Assembly (NCBI GenBank): GCA_031408355.1
Contig: JANNWK010001141.1
Location: 1-40,887, forward strand
Length of the DNA: 40,887 nucleotides
Origin: Myxococcales bacterium
GTDB lineage: Bacteria > Myxococcota_A > Polyangia > Polyangiales > Polyangiaceae
Direction of reading: 5' to 3'
The notes beneath the pieces are model-generated. The model saw only the letters and a program-made list of their open reading frames with translations, had not been told where the DNA came from and did no database searches. Positions 1-8,290 of this stretch are shown piece after piece (positions within the stretch are counted from its first letter, which is position 1; each line of letters begins with the position of its first letter). A program made the translations under genes and the position numbers.

Positions 1-1044
1 GCCATCAATCGCTGCCGCTCCCATGCCATGCCGCGGCGTGGTCATGTCGGGCAGCGTGAGCCAACTGTTGGTTGCCGGAACGAACGCTTCCGTCTGCCGA
101 AAGACGCCCATTGGCTGGTCGGTGCTACCCTCGCCACCAGCGATGACAATGCGGTCGCCCATCACCGCTGCGGCAGCGCCAGCGCGTGGTATTTTCATGT
201 CTGCGACCGACAGCCAGCTGTTCGCCGTCAGATCGAACGCATCGACCTTGGCATAGAACGCGCTGAATCCGCCGCTCCGGCCTCCAATGGCGTAAATCAC
301 GTTGCCGATCGCGCCGCCCATCAAATGGTCGCGCCCCATGGGCAGCGGCGGCAAAGGGGTGTGCGTGTCTGCCTCCGGATCATAGGCAGAGAAGTCAGCA
401 ACGTAGCCACCGCGAAGGCCGCCCGCGATGTAGATCGTCGAGCCTACTACCGCCACCAAGCTAGCTCCGCGCTGCGTGCCCACGGGAAGCGGACTCTTCG
501 CCGACCAGCCCTCCAAAGGATCGTAGACATAGACGTCTCCCAGCGCTCCGAAGCCCGCATCCAGCGCGCCGACGACATAGAGCTTGCCGTTCAACGCGGC
601 GGTGTTGGCGTGGTGCATGACCTTAGGCAGGGGCGCTGCCAGCGACCACTCATTCGTGGTGGGATCATAGACTTCCACGGTAGCTACGGCGCTCTCCGTC
701 GGCGTCAGTCCGCCGACGACGTACATTTTCCCGCCGAGGGCGGCGACCCCTGTCTCCTGACGCGGCCCGCCCGCGAGCGGAGCGATAGGCCGCCAGGTTA
801 GAGCGGCGGCCCCAGCCTGCGGCTCGGCTCCACCAGCGCCCGCGCTCGCTTCAGGCTCCGTCGCTCCACCCTGGCCCACTCCAGCTGAGCCCGCGTTTCC
901 ACCGGAACTCACCTGCCCAGCGGAGCCCCCGCCAGTGCCTGACGCTCCGGGGCCACGCCCACCGGAGTTTGCGCGCGGGACGGCGTCGGTTTCGCCGCAG
1001 CCGCCGTTGAGCAGCGCAACCAGCCAAAGCACGCGAGTCTTCAT
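1..1044 (-). CDS. Kelch-repeat (beta-propeller) lipoprotein with Gly-rich linker; 3' end outside the window
   Basis: Manual translation (absent from ORF track because there is no stop in the window): MKTRVLWLVALLNGGC (lipobox-like), Gly/Ser linker, then repeats such as KMYVVGG..VEVYDP...W, KLYVVGA, TIYIAGG, VIYAIGG, RIVIAGG, ending MTTPRHGMGAAAIDG at the edge. Alternative in-frame GTG start at 1074. Confidence 0.88.
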   Translation of the reverse strand, partial: MKTRVLWLVALLNGGCGETDAVPRANSGGRGPGASGTGGGSAGQVSSGGNAGSAGVGQGGATEPEASAGAGGAEPQAGAAALTWRPIAPLAGGPRQETGVAALGGKMYVVGGLTPTESAVATVEVYDPTTNEWSLAAPLPKVMHHANTAALNGKLYVVGALDAGFGALGDVYVYDPLEGWSAKSPLPVGTQRGASLVAVVGSTIYIAGGLRGGYVADFSAYDPEADTHTPLPPLPMGRDHLMGGAIGNVIYAIGGRSGGFSAFYAKVDAFDLTANSWLSVADMKIPRAGAAAAVMGDRIVIAGGEGSTDQPMGVFRQTEAFVPATNSWLTLPDMTTPRHGMGAAAIDG

Positions 1045-1066
1045 GCGTGACGTCAGCTGGTTCGAG

Positions 1067-1107
1067 TGCCTCACCGTGTGCCTCAGTTTGCATCACAAGG
1101 TGAGGCA
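1067..1107. promoter_or_regulatory. Inverted repeat / candidate translational-control hairpin or operator upstream of the Kelch gene
   Basis: TGCCTCACC-G-TGTG (1067-1080) pairs with CACA-A-GGTGAGGCA (1094-1107), 13 of 14 bp. A second TGCCTCA copy lies at 1079-1085. Confidence 0.45.
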
Positions 1108-1162
1108 GTCAACCTGCGCGGCCAGGCGAAGACGGGTTCGAACGCCCTACGCCTCGCGACGC

Positions 1163-2026
1163 CTAGGCGTGCCGCGCGGAGCCCGGCAGCGCCGCCCGGA
1201 GCCGCTTCTCTTCCTGACCGAGCTCGACGATGACCTCGAGGGTGCGGTCGGCGATGCGCTGCTCGGTGCGTGCGCCAGGCGGCTCGTCGAGCAACGTGCC
1301 GAAGTCGATGGGCAAGCCGAAGACGACGATGATCTCGCGACCGGTGCCGTCGAAGTTGCTCTCGAGTTGCCGCGGCATGTTGTTGATGAGGCCGTTGATG
1401 AAGACGGGGATGACGGGCACGCGTGAGCCCTGAATGATGCGACCGACGCCGCGCTGAGCGGGCAGGAGCGTGTAGGAATCGTCGTCCTTCTTGCGCGTGC
1501 CTTCGGGGTGGATGCCGGCGAACATGCCACCTCGTCGCAGCAGCCAAGCGAGCTCGTCCAGCGCCGCGGGGTTCAGGATCAGCTTCTTTCGCTCGCGAAA
1601 CAGCGGCGGGTACATGGCGAAGAAGCTCATCGTTCCGTTGACGAGCAGTCCGAGCGGGTTGTCGTAGAAGAAGGTTGAGCGCACTGGAAACACGATGCGA
1701 TGACGCAGGCCGCGTCGCACCAGCTGTCCGAAGATCACGTACAGGTCGAAGAAGCTGCGGTGGTTCGAGACGAGGATGTAGCTCTGACGTTGCTCAAGCA
1801 CGGGCAGTCGCTCGATACCGTGTAGGTGGAGCAGGTTCTTCGTGCAGTGATGGATCCAGGTCGAGCCGATGGTGTGCTGCAGTCCCCGGATCGCGCTGTC
1901 GATGAGACCGCGTCGAAAGGTGCCGCGCACGAACGCGATGATGCCCCGCTCAAGCCGTGAAAGGCGGTCTCGCCCGAGCTCCGGCAGGTTGGGTCGCCCA
2001 AGCTCGGCGTCGGCCTTGGGCGCCAC
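1163..2026 (-). CDS. Lysophospholipid / 1-acyl-sn-glycerol-3-phosphate acyltransferase (PlsC family)
   Basis: NHRSFFD (HxxxxD) and HPEGTR motifs, VPVIPVFING. GTG start at 2026 overlaps the upstream TAG (TAGTG), so the 2236 start in the track is probably too long. Confidence 0.88.
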   Translation of the reverse strand: MAPKADAELGRPNLPELGRDRLSRLERGIIAFVRGTFRRGLIDSAIRGLQHTIGSTWIHHCTKNLLHLHGIERLPVLEQRQSYILVSNHRSFFDLYVIFGQLVRRGLRHRIVFPVRSTFFYDNPLGLLVNGTMSFFAMYPPLFRERKKLILNPAALDELAWLLRRGGMFAGIHPEGTRKKDDDSYTLLPAQRGVGRIIQGSRVPVIPVFINGLINNMPRQLESNFDGTGREIIVVFGLPIDFGTLLDEPPGARTEQRIADRTLEVIVELGQEEKRLRAALPGSARHA

Positions 2027-2814
2027 TAGTCGACCTCCGCGAACACGATATCGATGTAACCGGGAGCCGGCAAATGGGGACGTATTGCGTCGAACACCCG
2101 CTTGGCCAGCGCTTGACGGTCGATGACGCCAGGGCTCGTGCAAAGCTTGAGCGTGGGGTGAGGCTCCAAGTCGCGCTCGGGGTTGTAGGTGCGGACAAGC
2201 TCGTAGCTTTCGAGCTCGTCCATCGCCCCGAGGCAACCCTGTAGGGCCGCTCGGAAAGCTGGCGAGGGCGGCGTCCCCTCTTCGGCTACGAGCGTGCGCT
2301 CGTGGTCGTCGGGAATGGCCGCCACGTAACCGACCAGCGGGATCGCCTGGCCCGCGACCAAGCGTACGACTTCGGCCGCAGACAGCACCAGCTCCGAGTC
2401 CGAGCCCGCGTCGATCACGACGCCCTGCACCTGTTCGTCGAGTGTGCCGCTCGCCATCTCGAGCGCGACCCCACCCGGGACGGAGCAGAATTCCAGCTCG
2501 CCGCCCGCCGTCTTCCAGCCAAGCTGCGCGCTGACCACGTCGAGCAGGTCGGCGCGCGTGAACAGCGCCGCAAATTGGGCGCCCTCGGGTGTGGGCAAGA
2601 AGTGCGGCAGCAGCCTGAGCTCGCCGTCGATCTTGGTGCGCTCACCGGTCGTGGCACCGGCCACCGACTCGGCCAGTGGAATGAGCAGATCGCCTTGTTC
2701 GAGCGCGTCGAGCAGCGCCGCGACGTCGCTGCGGAATCCCCTTCTCGCCTGCTTGACGATGTGGGTCAGGTCCGGGCCGCCGCCCGAACCGCTATCTTGC
2801 CCTAGAACCTGCAT
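2026..2814 (-). CDS. SseB-family protein (SseB N-terminal plus C-terminal domain)
   Basis: LLDALEQGDLLIP...PEGAQFAALFT...GVVIDAG pattern typical of SseB-like domains. Translationally coupled to the acyltransferase. Confidence 0.65.
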   Translation of the reverse strand: MQVLGQDSGSGGGPDLTHIVKQARRGFRSDVAALLDALEQGDLLIPLAESVAGATTGERTKIDGELRLLPHFLPTPEGAQFAALFTRADLLDVVSAQLGWKTAGGELEFCSVPGGVALEMASGTLDEQVQGVVIDAGSDSELVLSAAEVVRLVAGQAIPLVGYVAAIPDDHERTLVAEEGTPPSPAFRAALQGCLGAMDELESYELVRTYNPERDLEPHPTLKLCTSPGVIDRQALAKRVFDAIRPHLPAPGYIDIVFAEVD

Positions 2815-2898
2815 GGAATTGGCCCGCTGGTTAACACGGCCGCGTGGCTACCGCACGAGCGTCCAGCGCGAATTCCCATGATAATCTGCCGGGCCCCG

Positions 2899-3873
2899 AT
2901 GGTCCAAAGCACGCTCCGGAGCTTTTACTCCGATATCCAGCCCTACCGAACCGGCTTTCTGCAGGTCTCACCGCTCCACTCGATCTACTTCGAGGAGTCC
3001 GGGGATCCCCAAGGCAAGCCGGTCGTGTTCCTGCACGGTGGGCCCGGTGGGGGCACTAGTCCCAAGCAGCGCCGCTTCTTCGACCCGGCTCGCTATCGCA
3101 TCGTGCTGTTCGATCAGCGGGGCTGCGGCAACAGTCGACCGCACGCCTCGCTCGAGGACAACACCACCTGGCACTTGGTCGCGGACATTGAGGCGTTGCG
3201 CGAACACCTGGGGATTTCGCGTTGGCAGGTTTTTGGCGGCTCCTGGGGCAGCTCGCTCGCCCTGGCGTACGCGGAGCTGCACCCGGACCGCGTCAGCGAG
3301 CTCGTGCTGCGGGGCATTTTCTTGCTTCGGCGCTGGGAGCTTGAGTGGTTCTACCAGCGGGGCACCAGCGCGCTGTTCCCCGAAGCGTTCGAGCCCTTCC
3401 GGGAGCTGATCCCGGAGGCCGAGCGAGGCGACCTGATCGCGGCCTACTACCGGAGGCTGACCTCCGAGGACCCGCTCACGCGTCTGGAAGCGGCGCGCAC
3501 CTGGAGCGTTTGGGAGGCCAGCACCAGTCACCTGCTACAAGATCCGGAGTACATGGCGAGCGCCGCGGGCACGGAGTTTAGCCTGGCCTTCGCTCGCATC
3601 GAGGCGCACTACTTCATGAATGCCGGTTTCTTGCGGCACGAGAATCAACTGCTCGACGACGTCGCCAAGATCCGCCACCTGCCTTGCGTGATCGTCCAGG
3701 GTCGCTACGACGTCGTGTGTCCCGTGCAGAGCGCGTGGGACCTGTCGCGGGTCTTTCCGGAGGCCGATCTCCGCATAGTAGCCGCTGCGGGGCACTCGGG
3801 CTTCGAGGCCGGCATCGTCCACGAGCTGGTGAGCGCGACCGATCGTTTCGCTCTTCCCAGGAGCCCGGGATGA
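2899..3873 (+). CDS. pip: Proline iminopeptidase (peptidase S33)
   Basis: HGGPGGG, FDQRGCG, NTTWHLVADIE, GGSWGS nucleophile, GRYDVVCP, AGHS. Start is 2899 or 2878. Confidence 0.96.
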   Translation: MVQSTLRSFYSDIQPYRTGFLQVSPLHSIYFEESGDPQGKPVVFLHGGPGGGTSPKQRRFFDPARYRIVLFDQRGCGNSRPHASLEDNTTWHLVADIEALREHLGISRWQVFGGSWGSSLALAYAELHPDRVSELVLRGIFLLRRWELEWFYQRGTSALFPEAFEPFRELIPEAERGDLIAAYYRRLTSEDPLTRLEAARTWSVWEASTSHLLQDPEYMASAAGTEFSLAFARIEAHYFMNAGFLRHENQLLDDVAKIRHLPCVIVQGRYDVVCPVQSAWDLSRVFPEADLRIVAAAGHSGFEAGIVHELVSATDRFALPRSPG

Positions 3874-6800
3874 GCCTGGCAGGCGGCTTCTACACGCTGA
3901 AAAAGTTGTTTGCTCCGCGAGCGCGTCGCTCGTGGATCGGCCGCACGCGCGCTCACATCGAGCTGCGCGAGCTGAGCCAGTCGGAGCAGGCGGTGTTTGC
4001 CGAGCGCGTGCAGGAAGCGATGCGCGAACTCTTGCGCGTGCAAGCTGTCGAACTCAACATTCCGCTTCGACGCATCGTCGTGGGCTTTGACGACGACGCC
4101 TACTCGCTGTCCGAACTGATCGCGATTGTTGAGCACGCCGAACGAGCTGCCGGCGTGGAAGATGCGCATTTTCGCGACGAAATCTGGGAACATCCCGGGG
4201 ACGTCGAGAGCGTGGAGCGGCTGCTGCTGGGGCTATGCGTGGACGCAGCCGGTGCCGCAGCCGGGCTCGGGCTCAAGTTCTCGCTGCTGCCGGCGTCGCG
4301 AATCGGCGGCACGCTCGGGAGCTTGTTCTCCATCGCCCAAACCACGGCTCGTCTGCGTAAACCGCTCGACGATCGTTTCGGGCCGCAGCGGGCCAACCTG
4401 ATGCTGGACGTGGCCGCGGCCATGGCGCACGCCGTAGCGCAGCGACCGGGTAGCGTGTTCGTCGAGCTTTCTCACAAATTCGCCCGACTCGGGGAGTCAC
4501 AGGCGCGCCGCCGGATCTGGGAGCAACGCGAGCAGGAGCTGTTCGCCGTCCCGGCACCCGCTGCCGCTCTGGCACCGGCCGAGCCGCGCCCGAGGGCCTT
4601 GCCGCGTGGCCCTATCGAAGAGTACGCGGATCGCGCCTGGATCGTCTCGCTCGGCGGCTTCGCCGTTAGCTTCCTGACGACGCGCAGCGTGCAACGCGCG
4701 ATCGCCGCGCTTTTCGCTGGACTCCCGCAGCCCGCCCGGCTCGGGCGCGAGGTCTTCTGCGCTGAGCTGGCGCGCGCGCTGGCCCGGCGCCAGGCCTTGG
4801 TCGTGGACCTTTCTGCCTTGCGTCGGCTGGATCGCATCGACTGCCTGGTGCTTGAAGGCGACCTCGTGGCGCGCGATCGCTACGAGATCAGGGAGCTCCT
4901 GGTCGTTTCGGGTGGCGACGAAGCTGAGGCGCGCAAGGCGCTCACGGCGTTGCTGGATGTGGAGCGACCGACCGAACGTCGCAGCGTGGGCGACTTCACT
5001 TTTGGGGCGCTCGGGGTCCTAGACTGCCCCGTGCCGGACGAGTTGGTCGAACTCGCCTCGGGTCTTGGGCGTCGCGGCGGCTTGGTCGTAGGGCTACTGC
5101 AGCAGGATAAGCTCGTCTGTTTGGCGGAGGTCGAGCTGATCCCGCAGACCGGGATCGACGAACTGATAACGGCCGCGCATGAGGCTGGCATGCGCGTGGT
5201 CGTGGCCGGCAGCGACGAAGCGTTGCTGGCTGGTCTGCCTGCTGACGACACGATTGGCGGGGGCGACGAGCTGGTCCGCGGGATTCGGCGGCTACAGCGC
5301 GAGGGGCGTGGGGTGTGCCTGGTTGCGACGAGCCGCTCGGTTCACGTCGACGCCGCCGACCTGACCATCGGTTTGATGCGCGAGGGTGAGCCTCCGCCGT
5401 GGGGGGCGCACGTCATTTGCCGGGATGATTTGTCGGATGTTCGCTTCCTGATTCATGCGGCCGTGGCCGCTCGTCAGATCGCCAAGCAGGGCGTGAACAT
5501 TGCCCTGGGCGCCGCCACGCTGGGCGCGCTTGTCTCTGCTGGGGGCGCGGTACCGCTCACGGCACGGCGGGTCATCGCGGTCGTAAACGCCGCTTCCGTG
5601 GTTTCGATGGCCAACGGGGTGCGCGGCTCGTTCGCGCTCGCGCGTCGTGCTCTGCCTGCGCCGCGTGACCGAACGCCTTGGTACGCGCTCGATGCTCGCA
5701 GCGTGCTGGTCAAGCTCCGCACTTCGGAGCAAGGCCTGGTGCGCCGCGAGGCATTGCGGCGACGTCGCCCGAATCTGCTCGAGACGCGTTCGCCGGTCGC
5801 CGAGTTTTTCGAGGCGGTGACGGACGAACTCTTCAACCCGCTGGCGCCGCTGCTCGCCGCTGGCGCTGGGCTTTCGGCCGCGGTGGGGTCGTTCGGCGAC
5901 GCGGGGATGATCGGCGGGGTCGTGGTGCTGAACGCGCTGGTGGGCGGCACGCAGCGTTTTCGCACCGAGCGGCGACTCCGCTCGCTGTCGCTCGGTCAAC
6001 GTCGCTACGCCCGCGTTCGGCGGGGTGCGGCCGTGCTCGACACGCCGGAACAGGAGCTGGTGCGCGGTGACATCCTGCTCTTGGACGCTGGCGACGTGGT
6101 GCCGGCAGACTGCCGGATTTTGAGCGAGGAGGCCCTTGAGGTCGACGCTTCCAGCATGACCGGAGAGTCCTTGCCGGTGAAGAAGTCGGCCTTGGCCTCG
6201 TTCGAGTCTCACGTGGCGGACAGAACTTCAATGCTGTACGACGGAACTTCGATCGCAGCCGGCCGCGCGGTCGCGGTGGTGGTCGCGACCGGTGACGACA
6301 CGGAGGCGCGTCGCGGAGCCGGCGCAGTGAAGCGTGATCCTAGCCGCGGCGGGGTTGAGCGGCGTTTGCGATCGCTCATCCACATGACGGGGCCAGTCGC
6401 GCTGGGCGCGGGCGTTAGCTTGATCGCGGCAGGCTTGCTGCGTGGGCGCAAGCTCGATGAACTCGTAGGCAGCGGCGTCAGCCTGGCGGTGGCGGCGGTA
6501 CCGGAGGGCTTGCCGCTGATTGCCACGGCGGCGCAATTGGCAGCGGCGTCTCGCTTGGCCGAGCGTGGCGTGCTGGTGCGCAATGTGCGCAGCATCGAGG
6601 CCCTGGGTCGTGTCGACGCGCTCTGCCTCGACAAGACCGGCACCATCACCGTCGGGCGCATCGAGCTCGGCAGCATCTCCGAGGCCACTCGTGAGTCGCC
6701 GGAAACGTTCGGCGAGTTCGAGTATGGCGTACTGGGTGCGGCCTTGCGGGCGGCGTCCGAGGTGAGGGTCGGCGGAACCAGGGCGGATCCTACCGACGCC

Positions 6801-8282
6801 GCGCTGTATCGGGCCGCCGCCAAGCATGGGATCAGCGCGGAGCATTCTGCTGGGGGTTGGCTACGGCTCCGCGAGTTGCCCTTCGAAGCGGATCGCGGCT
6901 ACCAGGCTGTGCTCGGCGAAACACGGGCGGGGCTTTTGCTCAGCGTGAAGGGCGCGCCTGAGCGCTTGCTGGCGCGCGTGACGTCCATGCGCAGCGCGGG
7001 ACAAGTGCTGGCGGTCGCAGAGTCAGAGCGAACGGCCCTGCTGGCGCGAGCCTCTGAACTGGCGGCTTCGGGGCTGCGCGTGCTGGCGGTGGCCGAGTCG
7101 ACGGCAGCGAGCGACCTTGACCTCACCGATCTTTCCCGGCTCTGCTTGCGCGGTTTCATCGCCTTTCGTGATCCGGTCAGGTTGGCTTCTGCTCAGGCGG
7201 TCGCGGATCTGCAAGCCGCCGGAGTAGGCACCTTCATGCTTACTGGCGACCATCCGAGTACGGCCGAGTCGGTGGCGCGCGAAGTCGGACTGCTCCCGCC
7301 CGGAGGCATCGTCATGTCTGGCAGCGCGCTCGCGCAGTTCTCGGACGAAGAGTTGGACGCGTGTCTGGGACGGGTGCGCGTCTTCGCGCGCGTGACGCCC
7401 GCGCAGAAGGTTCGCATCGTGCGTGCGCTCCAGCGCTCGGGGCGCGTGGTGGCGATGGTGGGGGACGGTGCCAACGACGCGCCGGCGATTCGGCTAGCCA
7501 ATGTGGGTATCGCGGTGGGCAAGCAGAGCACAGCGGCGGCGCGGGCGGCCGCGGATGTCGTGCTCACCGACGAGAGCATCGAGTGCTTAGTGCACGCCAT
7601 CGTCGAGGGTCGGGCGATGTGGGCCTCAGTTCGGGATGCCGTCTCGATCCTGGTGGGCGGAAACCTCGGAGAAATTGGCTTCACGTTGGCCGCGGGCTTG
7701 TTCGACGGGCGCCCGCCGCTCAATCCGCGCCAACTGCTGCTGGTCAACCTGCTCACGGACGTGGCCCCGGCCATGGCCATCGCGCTGCGCCCGCCTTCGC
7801 TTCAAACCCTCCACCAGCTACGCAAGGAGGGACCCGAGGCGTCGCTCGGCCAAGCCCTGAACCGCGACATCGCGCTGCGCGCCTTGGTCACCGCGCTCGG
7901 CGCCGGTACGGCCTGGTTCGTGGGGCGGGTGGGCGGACGAGAGCGCGCCAATACGGTCGGTCTGCTCGCCCTGGTGGGCACTCAGCTGGGGCAAACGCTG
8001 GTCTCGGGCAAGCTGAGCCGTCCCGTCGTCGTTACGAGTGTGGCGTCCGCGGCCGTACTGGCTGCCATCGTTCAAACCCCGGGGGTTTCCCACCTTTTTG
8101 GCTGCAGGCCGCTCGGTCCTTTCGGCTGGGCTACGGCCATTGGAGCGTCCGCGGGCGCTACGGCGCTAGCCGGCTACTTCCCGGAGCTCGTCAACGCGAC
8201 GATGAAACGGCTCCACCTCGATCGCCCCGTCATGGTCGAAGATCTGGAGGCGCTCGAGCCCGGTACGGGAGTCGAGGGCTGA
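3870..8282 (+). CDS. Large cation-transporting P-type ATPase, CtpH/CtpI-like architecture (1470 aa)
   Basis: TGES, VPEGLP, DKTGT (6630-6644), KGAPE, MLTGD, GDGANDAP, GGNLGE, LVNLLTD. About 600-aa N-terminal extension. ATG overlaps the pip stop (ATGA). Confidence 0.92.
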   Translation: MSLAGGFYTLKKLFAPRARRSWIGRTRAHIELRELSQSEQAVFAERVQEAMRELLRVQAVELNIPLRRIVVGFDDDAYSLSELIAIVEHAERAAGVEDAHFRDEIWEHPGDVESVERLLLGLCVDAAGAAAGLGLKFSLLPASRIGGTLGSLFSIAQTTARLRKPLDDRFGPQRANLMLDVAAAMAHAVAQRPGSVFVELSHKFARLGESQARRRIWEQREQELFAVPAPAAALAPAEPRPRALPRGPIEEYADRAWIVSLGGFAVSFLTTRSVQRAIAALFAGLPQPARLGREVFCAELARALARRQALVVDLSALRRLDRIDCLVLEGDLVARDRYEIRELLVVSGGDEAEARKALTALLDVERPTERRSVGDFTFGALGVLDCPVPDELVELASGLGRRGGLVVGLLQQDKLVCLAEVELIPQTGIDELITAAHEAGMRVVVAGSDEALLAGLPADDTIGGGDELVRGIRRLQREGRGVCLVATSRSVHVDAADLTIGLMREGEPPPWGAHVICRDDLSDVRFLIHAAVAARQIAKQGVNIALGAATLGALVSAGGAVPLTARRVIAVVNAASVVSMANGVRGSFALARRALPAPRDRTPWYALDARSVLVKLRTSEQGLVRREALRRRRPNLLETRSPVAEFFEAVTDELFNPLAPLLAAGAGLSAAVGSFGDAGMIGGVVVLNALVGGTQRFRTERRLRSLSLGQRRYARVRRGAAVLDTPEQELVRGDILLLDAGDVVPADCRILSEEALEVDASSMTGESLPVKKSALASFESHVADRTSMLYDGTSIAAGRAVAVVVATGDDTEARRGAGAVKRDPSRGGVERRLRSLIHMTGPVALGAGVSLIAAGLLRGRKLDELVGSGVSLAVAAVPEGLPLIATAAQLAAASRLAERGVLVRNVRSIEALGRVDALCLDKTGTITVGRIELGSISEATRESPETFGEFEYGVLGAALRAASEVRVGGTRADPTDAALYRAAAKHGISAEHSAGGWLRLRELPFEADRGYQAVLGETRAGLLLSVKGAPERLLARVTSMRSAGQVLAVAESERTALLARASELAASGLRVLAVAESTAASDLDLTDLSRLCLRGFIAFRDPVRLASAQAVADLQAAGVGTFMLTGDHPSTAESVAREVGLLPPGGIVMSGSALAQFSDEELDACLGRVRVFARVTPAQKVRIVRALQRSGRVVAMVGDGANDAPAIRLANVGIAVGKQSTAAARAAADVVLTDESIECLVHAIVEGRAMWASVRDAVSILVGGNLGEIGFTLAAGLFDGRPPLNPRQLLLVNLLTDVAPAMAIALRPPSLQTLHQLRKEGPEASLGQALNRDIALRALVTALGAGTAWFVGRVGGRERANTVGLLALVGTQLGQTLVSGKLSRPVVVTSVASAAVLAAIVQTPGVSHLFGCRPLGPFGWATAIGASAGATALAGYFPELVNATMKRLHLDRPVMVEDLEALEPGTGVEG

Positions 8283-8290
8283 CCCGCTCG

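Noticed and set aside
28-801. 257-aa plus-strand ORF
   Set aside because: Antisense shadow of the Kelch gene, which has clear repeats on the minus strand.
1128-1152. GGGTTCGAACGCCC resembling a tRNA T-arm
   Set aside because: No acceptor, D or anticodon arms could be built around it.
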